Positions 55,180-64,000 of a stretch of 64,000 nt of DNA are shown here, piece by piece. This DNA comes from an uncultured Planctomycetota bacterium (lineage in GTDB: Bacteria; Planctomycetota; Planctomycetia; Isosphaerales; Isosphaeraceae): assembly GCA_963823665.1 (NCBI GenBank), contig CAWGMQ010000011.1, forward strand, positions 736,001-800,000, in the 5' to 3' direction. The position numbers were made by a program, and so were the translations under genes. Each line of letters begins with the position of its first letter. The stretch's first letter is position 1. The notes below the pieces were generated by a model. That model did not search any database, was not told the DNA's origin, and saw nothing but the letters and a program-made list of their open reading frames with translations.

Positions 55180-58059
55180 ATGCTCTGGCACATCCGGATT
55201 GAACCCGGTCATTCCGTTCCAGACTCACTCGGCCAGCGCCTCGCTGCGCAAGCCGTCGAGTCCGGCCTGACCGGCACGTGGTCGGTTCAGACCAGCCGCG
55301 GGTTCTTGATCGAGGGAGAGATCTCCCGTGAACAACTCGATCGCGTCACGCGGGAGGTTCTGGTTGATCCCGTCGTGGAAACCCACACCATCGAGCCCAC
55401 GAACACGCCCGCTAATGGGCCCGGCTCGATCATCCACGTCATGCCCAAGCCGGGCGTCACTGACCCGGAGGGCTCAAGCGCACTCGAGCTGCTACACCAC
55501 CTGGGCCACCAAGTTTCAAACGTCCGAACGATCAAAACCTACCGCGTACACGGACCGGCCGACTCAATTCCGCGGTTCATCCAGCGCGTGCTGGCCAACG
55601 ACGCCGTCGAACAGACCGTCCGCGGCACGCTCGCTCTCGACCGGCTCGACGCGGGGCAGCCCTATCGTTACCGGCGCGTTTCCGTGCCGATCCGTGACTT
55701 GCGCGACGCCGATCTCTTGCATCTGAGCCGCTCCGGCCAGCTTTCGCTCAGCCTCCCCGAAATGAAGTGCATCCAGCGCCATTTCATCGAGCTCGGCCGC
55801 GATCCCACCGACTGCGAGCTCGAGACGCTGGCCCAGACCTGGAGCGAGCACTGCTCGCACAAGACCTTGCGCGGCCGCATCGCGTTCCGCGGGCGCACGA
55901 TCGACAACTTGCTCAAACAAACGATCTTCAAGGCAACCCACGACCTCAAGTGCGACTGGCTGGTGAGCGTCTTCTCCGATAACGCCGGAGTCGTCCGCTT
56001 TGACGACGAGCACGACGTCTGCTTCAAGGTCGAAACACATAATCACCCCTCAGCGATCGATCCCTATGGCGGCGCCAACACGGGCTTAGGCGGTGTGATC
56101 CGCGACGCGCTCGGCACCGGGCTGGGCTCGAAGCCGATCTGCAACACGGATGTCTTTTGCGTCGCGCGCCCCGATCTTCCGTTCGACGAGCTTCCACCGG
56201 GCACGCTCCATCCCAAGCGCGTGCTCAAGGGCGTGGTGGCCGGTGTGCGCGATTACGGCAATCGCATGGGCATCCCCACGGTGAACGGCGCCCTGGCCGT
56301 CGACCCGGGTTACCTCGCAAATCCCCTTGTTTTCTGTGGAACGGTGGGGCTGCTCCCGCGCGGCAAGTCGGCCAAGATGGTGGCCCCGGGCGACCTGATC
56401 GTCTCGATCGGGGGGCGAACCGGTCGCGACGGCATCCACGGCGCCACCTTCAGCTCGATCGAGCTCACGTCGCAGAGCGAAGCAACTTCCGGCGGCGCGG
56501 TTCAAATCGGCAACGCCATCACCGAGAAGATGATGCTCGACGTGATCCTCCAGGCGCGCGACCTCGGCTATTTCCACGCGATCACCGACTGCGGCGCCGG
56601 CGGCTTCAGCTCCGCCGTCGGCGAGATGGGCGCAGCTCTTGGCGCGGAGGTCGATCTCGAGCGTGCCCCGCTCAAGTATCAAGGACTGTCGTATACCGAG
56701 ATCTGGATATCCGAAGCACAAGAGCGCATGGTGCTTGCCGTGCCGCCGGAAAAGTGGCCTCTCCTGCTCGAGCTTTGCCGGCGCGAGAACGTGGAGGCGA
56801 CCGAGCTCGGCCGATTCGTCCCGAGCGGCCGGTTGTTGCTCCGCTATGAGGGTGAGACGGTCGCCGATCTCTCGATGGATTTCCTGCACGAGGGCCGCCC
56901 TCCTGTCGTTCGTGAGGCAGAATGGACGGCACCGCCCTATCGTCCGGTCGAAGAGCCCGCAAAGACCGATTTCACGGCCGATCTGCTCGCCGTGCTGGCG
57001 CATTGGGACGTGTGCAGCAAGGAGTGGATCATCCGCCAGTATGACCATGAGGTGCAGGCACGCACGGCCCTGAGGCCGCTGGTGGGCGCAAGCGACGACG
57101 GCCCCGGCGACGCAGCCGTGATCGTGCCGGTGCGCGGCTCCACTCGCGGTCTCGCCGTCGGCTGCGGTTTGAACCCGCGCTATGGAAAGCTCGATCCATA
57201 CGCCATGGCCGGCTGTGTGATCGACGAGGCGATTCGCAACTGCATCGCCGTGGGGGCCGACCCGGAGCGCATCGCCTTGCTCGACAATTTCTGCTGGGGC
57301 AACACCGAGCGGCCGGCAACCCTGGGCTCCCTCGTGCTCGCCGCGCAGGCTTGCCACGACGTCGCGCTCGCCTACGGCACACCATTCATCTCGGGAAAGG
57401 ACAGCCTGAACAACGAACACTCACACGACGGAAAGAGCCTGGCCATCCCGCCGACTCTCCTGATCAGCGCCATCGGCCAGGTGAACGACGTGCGTTCCTG
57501 CGTGACGATGGACCTGAAGGAGCCCGGCAACGTTCTCTTGCTCGTCGGCCTCACTCGAAACGAGCTGGGCGGGTCGCTCTGGTGCCAGGTTCACTCGCAA
57601 GATGGCGGGCGCGTTCCGCAAGTCGACCCATCCCTGGGGAAAAGTTGCATGCGGGCCATCCACGCCGCCATCAGCCGCGAGCTGCTGCGAAGCTGTCACG
57701 ATCTGAGTGAGGGGGGCCTGGCCGTGGCGCTCGCGGAAATGGCCTTTGCGGGCGGCCTTGGCGCCCTGGTGGCACTCGCCGATGTTCCCCGCGAAGATGA
57801 CGCCTCGAGCGATCTCGTGCTACTATTCTCGGAATCACCGAGTCGCTTCGTGGCCGAAGCTCGGCCCGAATGCCTCGATGAGCTCGCCGAGGTCTGGAAC
57901 GGCGTACCGTTCTGTCGCCTCGGCGTTGTGATGGGCCCGGCCTCCGGAGGCACCGCCTCCAGGCCGCAATTGACAGTGCGTGGACGTGGTGGCTCGACCG
58001 TACTGGATGCCGCCACGGCAGACCTCAAGAGCGCTTGGCAAGAACCGCTGAATTGGTAG
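55180..58059 (+). CDS. purL: Phosphoribosylformylglycinamidine synthase PurL with N-terminal PurS-like region
   Basis: WSEHCSHK, KVETHNHPS, DCGAGG, SEAQERM, HDLSEGG. Confidence 0.97.
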   Translation: MLWHIRIEPGHSVPDSLGQRLAAQAVESGLTGTWSVQTSRGFLIEGEISREQLDRVTREVLVDPVVETHTIEPTNTPANGPGSIIHVMPKPGVTDPEGSSALELLHHLGHQVSNVRTIKTYRVHGPADSIPRFIQRVLANDAVEQTVRGTLALDRLDAGQPYRYRRVSVPIRDLRDADLLHLSRSGQLSLSLPEMKCIQRHFIELGRDPTDCELETLAQTWSEHCSHKTLRGRIAFRGRTIDNLLKQTIFKATHDLKCDWLVSVFSDNAGVVRFDDEHDVCFKVETHNHPSAIDPYGGANTGLGGVIRDALGTGLGSKPICNTDVFCVARPDLPFDELPPGTLHPKRVLKGVVAGVRDYGNRMGIPTVNGALAVDPGYLANPLVFCGTVGLLPRGKSAKMVAPGDLIVSIGGRTGRDGIHGATFSSIELTSQSEATSGGAVQIGNAITEKMMLDVILQARDLGYFHAITDCGAGGFSSAVGEMGAALGAEVDLERAPLKYQGLSYTEIWISEAQERMVLAVPPEKWPLLLELCRRENVEATELGRFVPSGRLLLRYEGETVADLSMDFLHEGRPPVVREAEWTAPPYRPVEEPAKTDFTADLLAVLAHWDVCSKEWIIRQYDHEVQARTALRPLVGASDDGPGDAAVIVPVRGSTRGLAVGCGLNPRYGKLDPYAMAGCVIDEAIRNCIAVGADPERIALLDNFCWGNTERPATLGSLVLAAQACHDVALAYGTPFISGKDSLNNEHSHDGKSLAIPPTLLISAIGQVNDVRSCVTMDLKEPGNVLLLVGLTRNELGGSLWCQVHSQDGGRVPQVDPSLGKSCMRAIHAAISRELLRSCHDLSEGGLAVALAEMAFAGGLGALVALADVPREDDASSDLVLLFSESPSRFVAEARPECLDELAEVWNGVPFCRLGVVMGPASGGTASRPQLTVRGRGGSTVLDAATADLKSAWQEPLNW

Positions 58060-58173
58060 CGGCTCGCCGCCGGGCGTAGGCGCGGCGATCGTTCGGTTGT
58101 GTGTGCTCCGGTAAGTAGTTCGTCACGGTTGGTTGGTTAACTTTTCTTAGGTCCGTATTGAAATGAGGATATC

Positions 58174-59007
58174 ATGATGCTCCGCTTCGTCACGTTCGTG
58201 GATGGGTCGAATCTCGACGGTGTGTTAAAACATCTGAATCTGCGAGTCGATGATTATGGCTCTTTTTATCGTCATGTCTTCGAGCAGAGCGTACAGTACT
58301 GGGGCCGAACCTTTGCCGATGGTGCCGACTGGCCCACTGCCCAGCATTCGCGCATCTACTGGTACGTCGTCGGCAAGATGGACGAATGGGATTTGAACGA
58401 CCCCAAGGCCGAGGCCCGCTTGCGCGCTCGCTTCGAGATGAATCCCCGGCTGCGCGACGCCTACCTGGAAGACGCCAGCCGCCGGCTTTCCGACATGCCG
58501 ATCGACCGTCGGGCCGAGGAAGCCTGGAACTTCTGTTTCTCCGAAACCCGCGAATGGTATGAGAGCAAGCGCCGGGCGCTCGAGCGAAAGAAGCGGTTCT
58601 ATCACGGCGTCCAGGCCGCGACCGACTTCGTCGAAATCCGCCAGGAAGGGCACTGGAAGGTCGACCTGCTTCACCACTCAGTGAATGAAAAGGGTCTCGA
58701 CACCAGTCTCGCGGTTGACATGGTGGCATTGCAGGATACCTACGACATCGCCCTCTTGATCTCGGGCGACGCCGATGGAATTCCCGGCATCAACTACGTC
58801 AAGAGCCGCTCGAAGCACGTCGGCGTGGCCGAATTCCGGCGCGGGTCTCCGGCCGACTTCCCCACCAAGGGAACCTCATCGCGGTTGAAGATCGCAGCCG
58901 ACTTCGTCGTCCAGGTCTATGAGTCGGAGCTGCTTCGCCGCAACCTGGCGTATCGCGCCGAATCCGACTATTCCACTCAGTTAGGGGGCAACGAGCCGCC
59001 GTATTGA
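58174..59007 (+). CDS. NYN domain (LabA/DUF88, PIN-like) protein
   Basis: FVDGSNL, EKGLDTSLAVDM, LISGDAD, ADF. Confidence 0.9.
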   Translation: MMLRFVTFVDGSNLDGVLKHLNLRVDDYGSFYRHVFEQSVQYWGRTFADGADWPTAQHSRIYWYVVGKMDEWDLNDPKAEARLRARFEMNPRLRDAYLEDASRRLSDMPIDRRAEEAWNFCFSETREWYESKRRALERKKRFYHGVQAATDFVEIRQEGHWKVDLLHHSVNEKGLDTSLAVDMVALQDTYDIALLISGDADGIPGINYVKSRSKHVGVAEFRRGSPADFPTKGTSSRLKIAADFVVQVYESELLRRNLAYRAESDYSTQLGGNEPPY

Positions 59008-59088
59008 GGGTTTCGCAGAGAGAGCGCGATGACCGGAGCTTCGTTCCAGCGCAGACCCCGGGTTTTTTCGCGCGCTCTGAGCCTGCGC

Positions 59089-59682
59089 TCACCCGAAGAC
59101 CTTGTCCACCTCGATCCGCCACCCCGGTACCGCCGGTTCGGCGTGAGCAACCTGACCGCGCGCAAAGACCACCAGCTCTTCGGGCGCATCGGCGCGATAG
59201 GAACGGATCAATTTCGCGACGGAGTCGACGTCCCACATCACTTTGGTACCGGCTTCAAAATAGTCACGACGTTTGGCGGCGATCTCGTTTTCTGCCGCGG
59301 GACCGAAGTCGTTCTCGCTTCGCACCTCGACCGCAAGAGTCGGCGGCCCGCTCACGAACCGCATCTCGTTCGCCGGAAACACACCATCGTAAAACGATGC
59401 GTCCGGAGAAAACGATTCGCGACCGGAGCGCAGTCTCGGTACGCCGAACCCCATATTGTCCGTATACGCCTCGCCTCGACCTACGGCTTGGGCGTAATCA
59501 TCAAGGCTGCGAGTAATTCGAAATGCAATTCGATTCGGAAGACGACCAGTCGCCATGAGAGGAACGATCCTTCCACCGATCAGTTCTGCCTTTCCGTCGT
59601 AGCGGTAAAGATCGTCGAGAGTCGCGGCCGGCTCAGCTTGCGGCCTGGGCTGCGGCTCAGATCTCGTTCGAGCGACACCCAT
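59089..59682 (-). CDS. Uma2 family endonuclease-like protein
   Basis: KAELIGGRIV, FSPDASF, PTLAVEVRS, KRRDYFEAGT..WDVD. Confidence 0.92.
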   Translation of the reverse strand: MGVARTRSEPQPRPQAEPAATLDDLYRYDGKAELIGGRIVPLMATGRLPNRIAFRITRSLDDYAQAVGRGEAYTDNMGFGVPRLRSGRESFSPDASFYDGVFPANEMRFVSGPPTLAVEVRSENDFGPAAENEIAAKRRDYFEAGTKVMWDVDSVAKLIRSYRADAPEELVVFARGQVAHAEPAVPGWRIEVDKVFG

Positions 59683-59810
59683 GATGAGATTCCCCTCCGA
59701 TCGAGCCGCGCTTGACTCTCCTCGCCGAGCGCGAATACGATCTGAACACGATGATACCGGAATTGGCCCCAACGGACAACGCGACGCGCCCGCTAACCTG
59801 CTGCGTCCCT

Positions 59811-59856
59811 GGCCACCTTTCCCCCCCTTAAGAAGGGGGGGTTAGGGGGGGTGGCC
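59811..59856. repeat. C/G-run palindromic REP-like element
   Basis: Inner stem CCCCCCCTT-AAG-AAGGGGGGG and outer arms GGCCACC...GGTGGCC. Confidence 0.75.
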
Positions 59857-59894
59857 GCACAGTCGCGCCGACATAAAAAGTACCAAACACCCAG

Positions 59895-60665
59895 ATGTCC
59901 TCACCTCACGCAATCGTCCTCCGAGCACCCGGCACCAACTGTGACGAAGAGGCAGCGTACGCCCTCGGTCTCGCGGGTGCTCTCGCCGAAACCTGGCACA
60001 TCAACCAGGTGATTGAATCACCGGCCGCGCTCGATCGGTTCCAGATCCTGGTGATTCCCGGCGGCTTCTCGTACGGCGACGACCTGGGTGCCGGCCGCAT
60101 CCTCGCGACCAGAATTGCCACCACGCTCGGCGAAGCGCTTCGGCGTTTTCACGAACGCGGCGGCCTGGTTCTCGGCATCTGCAATGGGTTTCAAGTACTG
60201 GTGCGCAGCGGCCTGTTGCCCGGTGGTCCCGCCGCGTCGACCACGCTCGCAGCCAACCAATCCGGCCGGTTTGAAGACCGATGGGTGAAACTTCTGCCCC
60301 GGGCCGGGTTCTCGCCGTTCGTCACGTTCTCGGAGCCGATCGAGCTGCCGGTGGCTCACGGCGAGGGCCGCTTCCTCATGTCCGACAGTGCGGCCGTAAG
60401 CGCACTCGAGCGCAGCGGCCAGGTCGTGCTCCAATACTGCGGCGCCGACTCCCGTCCGACCCAGGATTATCCGGCAAACCCCAACGGGTCCGCAAGCGCA
60501 GTCGCCGGCGTATGTGACCGGACAGGGCGAATCTTCGGTCTCATGCCGCACCCCGAGCGATTCGTCGAGCCCTGGCACCACCCCAGGTGGACACGCCGGC
60601 CGAACGGATCGCGAGCTCAAGGAGAAGGTCTGCGCATCTTCGAAAGCGCCGTCCGAGCCTTCTGA
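59895..60665 (+). CDS. purQ: Phosphoribosylformylglycinamidine synthase glutaminase subunit
   Basis: PGTNCD, PGGFSYGD, GICNGFQ, AHGEG, MPHPER. Confidence 0.97.
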   Translation: MSSPHAIVLRAPGTNCDEEAAYALGLAGALAETWHINQVIESPAALDRFQILVIPGGFSYGDDLGAGRILATRIATTLGEALRRFHERGGLVLGICNGFQVLVRSGLLPGGPAASTTLAANQSGRFEDRWVKLLPRAGFSPFVTFSEPIELPVAHGEGRFLMSDSAAVSALERSGQVVLQYCGADSRPTQDYPANPNGSASAVAGVCDRTGRIFGLMPHPERFVEPWHHPRWTRRPNGSRAQGEGLRIFESAVRAF

Positions 60666-60702
60666 ACGAGCGGACGATCCGGCTCCGCGCCGCACGAATC
60701 GC

Positions 60703-61818
60703 TCACCGTTCACCAAAGGCCACCATCTGGCGCACCACCTCGACGAGATTCTGTGTCTCTTCGAATGCTCGAAGCTGCATGACCGATCCGGTCGGCCCGT
60801 CGGCCATGTCGTGCAACCTCTCAAGATGGGCAACGCAGTCGAGTTCGCGAGCGCGCTCGTGCAGCCGCTCGGCGAGTCGATGGACGACGTCTCTGGCCGG
60901 CACGACCTTGTGCGTCGCCGGGTCGACCAGCCGCGCGCCCATCCCGTAGCGGCACGCCCGCCATTTGTTCTGGCGGATCAAGAAAGGATGGCAATCGAAC
61001 TGATACATTCCCTGGTCAATTTCCTGCGAGAGGTCGTGCACCAGGCACTGGATGAGCGCCGTGATTCCCATGACCTGGTCGAGGCAGGGCGGCATATCGC
61101 AGATTCGCACCTCGACTGTTCCAAAGTTGTGGTGTGGCCTCACATCCCACCACAGCTCGCGAATGGTTCTGATGAAACCGGTGTCGACCAGGTTGTTGAG
61201 CAGCCAGGCATACTCCGACCAGTTGCGCATGAGCGGCGGCAAGCCGGCCGTCGGCAAGGTCTCCATGATCTTGCTGCGCTCGGAGTGCAGCCCCGTGTTC
61301 CGCCCCTGCCAGAACGGGCTGTTCGCCGAGAGCGCGAGCAAGGTCGGCAGATGCTGAAGGATGCGGTCGCAGATCATGATCGCCTTGTCGCCGGAATCGA
61401 CCCCGACGTGAACGTGCAACCCGAACGTGATGATCCGCCGCGCAGTCTCCTGAAGCAGCTCGATCAAGTCGCGATACCGCTCGATCGGCGTGACCTCCTG
61501 CACCTGCCATGGTGAGAATGGATGAGTTCCGCTCCAGAACAGCCGCATGCCCTGCCGGCCCGCAATCTCCGTGACAACCTTGATTTTCTCCGTGAGGTCT
61601 CGATTTGCCTCATCAACGCTTTCGCACACCTTGGTGTTCAGCTCGATATAGCACTGGAAGAGCTCGGGCTTCACCGCGGCTTCCAGCTCGCTGGGAATCT
61701 CGGCGAGGATCTGCGTCACCCCGCTCCTGAGCGCCATGGTCTGGCTGTCGACGAGATTGAGCTCGATCTCGACGCCCAGCGTGGGGCGCTCGTTCCTGAC
61801 AAATCGATAGGGGGGCAC
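60703..61818 (-). CDS. Glutamate--cysteine ligase family 2 / carboxylate-amine ligase (YbdK-like)
   Basis: TLGVEIE, FGLHVHVG, SANSPFW, WWDVRP, TVEVRICD. Confidence 0.92.
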   Translation of the reverse strand: MPPYRFVRNERPTLGVEIELNLVDSQTMALRSGVTQILAEIPSELEAAVKPELFQCYIELNTKVCESVDEANRDLTEKIKVVTEIAGRQGMRLFWSGTHPFSPWQVQEVTPIERYRDLIELLQETARRIITFGLHVHVGVDSGDKAIMICDRILQHLPTLLALSANSPFWQGRNTGLHSERSKIMETLPTAGLPPLMRNWSEYAWLLNNLVDTGFIRTIRELWWDVRPHHNFGTVEVRICDMPPCLDQVMGITALIQCLVHDLSQEIDQGMYQFDCHPFLIRQNKWRACRYGMGARLVDPATHKVVPARDVVHRLAERLHERARELDCVAHLERLHDMADGPTGSVMQLRAFEETQNLVEVVRQMVAFGER

Positions 61819-61894
61819 GATACACAGCTCCGATCGCGATCTGCTCACGACTGCTTGTAGAGCTCGAATGACCCGCTGCGCGAACGAGGTGAAA

Positions 61895-63727
61895 TCAGCG
61901 GCCCGCGGCCCCGCGCATCGCCTGACCGTACGGCTCGAGCAGACTGTACTTGGATTGCCAGGTCGTGTACATGAACCCGATGACCCCCGGAACATCTCGC
62001 GCAGCCTCGTCCCACTGCCGGAAGTTCGAGAGGTCGTCAACGTCATAATACCCGGCGATGATCTGTTTGTGTCCGCGGTCCGCAAAGAATGACAGGCTTT
62101 CCTTCGCCTTGCCGCCGTTCCAGTTGGCGATGATGACGTCGCGCGAAAGTCCCTCCCACGAGCCTTTGAGCGAGCCGTTCACCAGGTAATAGCTGTCGAC
62201 GGCATTGTGGTTCGGATCGAACATGTCCGACCACACAACAATCCGGGCGCGCGGGCTCACCGACTTGATGATCTCGGTGCATTTCCGTACGTTGTCCGCC
62301 AAGAGCCCACCCGGAGTGAGCTTCCGATCCTGGCAGGCGCGGCACCAGTTCGCCACGCGAATCTCATCGTGCGACATGAAAAACGTCTTGGGCCGGAACA
62401 GCTCATTCACCATGCGGGCCTGCGCGCGAAGTATCTCGTACAGCTTCGGCTCGCTCGGGCAGCACATCACCTGGAATCCGTGCGTGATGATGGGGTGATA
62501 CCAGCTCACGCGCAGCCGCTCGCCCGACCGGATCCTCGAGCGCGAGGTGATCCGGATCACAGCACCGGGATGCTCGAATTCATATTCACCGGGCCAGGGA
62601 ACCTGACCCAGCTTTGCGTCCGCGACTGGCTCAAAGTCGCGGCCTTCCTCGTACGTCGTCTTGCCGTCCGCTGATTTGATAACGAACGGGCATCCCTTGC
62701 GCCTGAGCAGATTGACGAGTGCCAGCTCTTCCAGAACGAGGTCGTCGATCCAGAACGTGCCCTTGCCTTCGCCCCAGAAGCCCGCGTACAGGCTGACTTC
62801 GCGCTCTTCGAGACTATTGAAGACGACGTCGATCTTCTTCCAGTCCGCGGTCGGCTCGAGCCCTCCTTCGTGAAACGTGAGCGACTTGTTCTCTTTGCTG
62901 GTGGCGAGCGCCAGCAAGTGAAACGATCCGGTCGGAGCCAGGTCCCTCGTCTTGACCCAGCATGAATAGCGATAGGCGGTGTGCGGGCGCACGCTCACGC
63001 GCTGTACGAGCCGCAGGTTGGGTGACGTATGGCCTTTGTCCTTCGTCCCGGCCTCCAGACGGCATGAAACAAGGCCGCCGTGCACCACCGTGCGATCGGC
63101 GAACGTTCCGGCCCCCGGGTCGTCCTGGAACGAATAGTTGAGAAACTTGTCGCCGCTCGTTTCTTCGAGCCCGCCATTCCGGATTTGCACGGCCGGCTTC
63201 GAATCGAGAACGGCCTCCAGCCGCCCGCTCCGCGCCGGTGCTGCACCGGTCTTCTTCGGTCCGGCGCGCGTGGCGGCCGCGCCGGAAACGGTTTTGACCA
63301 CATACGGTTGGTCAACGACCGGCAGTCCCTCCGCCAGGTTCACGTCGTGCGCCAGATGCCCGTTACTGTAGCCGATCGAGAACACGGCTGGCACCAGCTC
63401 AAGCCCGGCTGCGTCGGCCGCCGACTTGATCTTTTCGACGTTCCGGAAGTAGTTGTCCGTGACCCGGTCCAGGACCTGCAGCTTGTAGTCCGAGAACAGG
63501 ATTCCAGTGTACCCGCTCCGCTTGGCCCGATCGAAAAGCTCCGCGAGCTGCGGCACGGACGCGTCGACTTGAAGATTCGTGCTGCAATAAAGCCAGCGCT
63601 CCGAATAGGGCGCAACGGCTCGTTCGCCTTCGGCTTTTGCCGTGACGCTCGAGAAGGCGCACAACCAAACGGCATGAAACACGGCCGCGATCGTCGCGCG
63701 GGCCCCGCGGCAGTTCCGGATGTTCAT
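61895..63727 (-). CDS. Exported glycoside-hydrolase-like protein with inserted CBM-like domain
   Basis: Signal peptide; FFMSHDEIR and VWSDM resemble GH20-like barrel motifs; NGGLEE..YRYSCWVKT..WIDDL resembles CBM4/9. Confidence 0.6.
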   Translation of the reverse strand: MNIRNCRGARATIAAVFHAVWLCAFSSVTAKAEGERAVAPYSERWLYCSTNLQVDASVPQLAELFDRAKRSGYTGILFSDYKLQVLDRVTDNYFRNVEKIKSAADAAGLELVPAVFSIGYSNGHLAHDVNLAEGLPVVDQPYVVKTVSGAAATRAGPKKTGAAPARSGRLEAVLDSKPAVQIRNGGLEETSGDKFLNYSFQDDPGAGTFADRTVVHGGLVSCRLEAGTKDKGHTSPNLRLVQRVSVRPHTAYRYSCWVKTRDLAPTGSFHLLALATSKENKSLTFHEGGLEPTADWKKIDVVFNSLEEREVSLYAGFWGEGKGTFWIDDLVLEELALVNLLRRKGCPFVIKSADGKTTYEEGRDFEPVADAKLGQVPWPGEYEFEHPGAVIRITSRSRIRSGERLRVSWYHPIITHGFQVMCCPSEPKLYEILRAQARMVNELFRPKTFFMSHDEIRVANWCRACQDRKLTPGGLLADNVRKCTEIIKSVSPRARIVVWSDMFDPNHNAVDSYYLVNGSLKGSWEGLSRDVIIANWNGGKAKESLSFFADRGHKQIIAGYYDVDDLSNFRQWDEAARDVPGVIGFMYTTWQSKYSLLEPYGQAMRGAAGR

Positions 63728-63746
63728 GGGGCTTTCTCGCACGAGC

Positions 63747-64000
63747 TCAGCCGATACGGCCGGTGATGTACGCCTCGGTGCGCTTGTCTTTGGGTGTAGT
63801 GAAGAGAAGGTCGGTAGAGCTGAACTCGACGAGGATGCCGGTGCGATGGCCGTCGGCTGCGGCCTCGTCGAGCATGAGGCAAGCCGTCAGATCGCTCACG
63901 CGGCGGGCCTGCTGCATGTTGTGTGTGACGATCACGATCGTGTAGTCTTGCTTCAAGTCTTCCATGAGATCTTCGACGCGTGCGGTGGAGATCGGGTCCA
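63747..64000 (-). CDS. pstB: Phosphate ABC transporter ATP-binding protein, 3' part
   Basis: [33 protein letters not shown]. Confidence 0.95.
   Translation of the reverse strand, partial: DPISTARVEDLMEDLKQDYTIVIVTHNMQQARRVSDLTACLMLDEAAADGHRTGILVEFSSTDLLFTTPKDKRTEAYITGRIG

Overview
High-GC bacterial DNA with a Planctomycetota (Isosphaeraceae-like) signature: a PSCyt/DUF1549/DUF1553 gene with DUF1501, DUF4058, several ECF sigma / Ser-Thr kinase modules and planctomycete-type palindromic repeats. Housekeeping genes (queF, SAM hydrolase, aas-like ligase, tyrA, purL, purQ, ybdK-like, pstB) are mixed with accessory material. The most striking locus is a probable single ~1600-aa NLR-like gene (17243-22085): DUF4062/TIR-like N-terminus, NACHT NTPase, and about 21 tandem 33-aa HEAT-like repeats. 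The repeats are near-identical except at a few hypervariable codons and show block shuffling. Also present: a tandem pair of giant kinases with conserved ends and a divergent middle, a toxin-antitoxin-like cluster (51.7-54.0 kb), small nuclease/TA-like genes inserted into conserved gene sets, a beta-lactamase-fold protein lacking its catalytic residues fused to DUF302, and a decayed zone (10.5-16.7 kb) with gene remnants and deletion scars. About 15 or more short frameshifts, one of them in tyrA, point to long-read consensus errors, so most split genes are probably intact in vivo. I saw no rRNA, tRNA, CRISPR array, transposase, integrase or reverse transcriptase. All family assignments come from motif recognition, not database searches.
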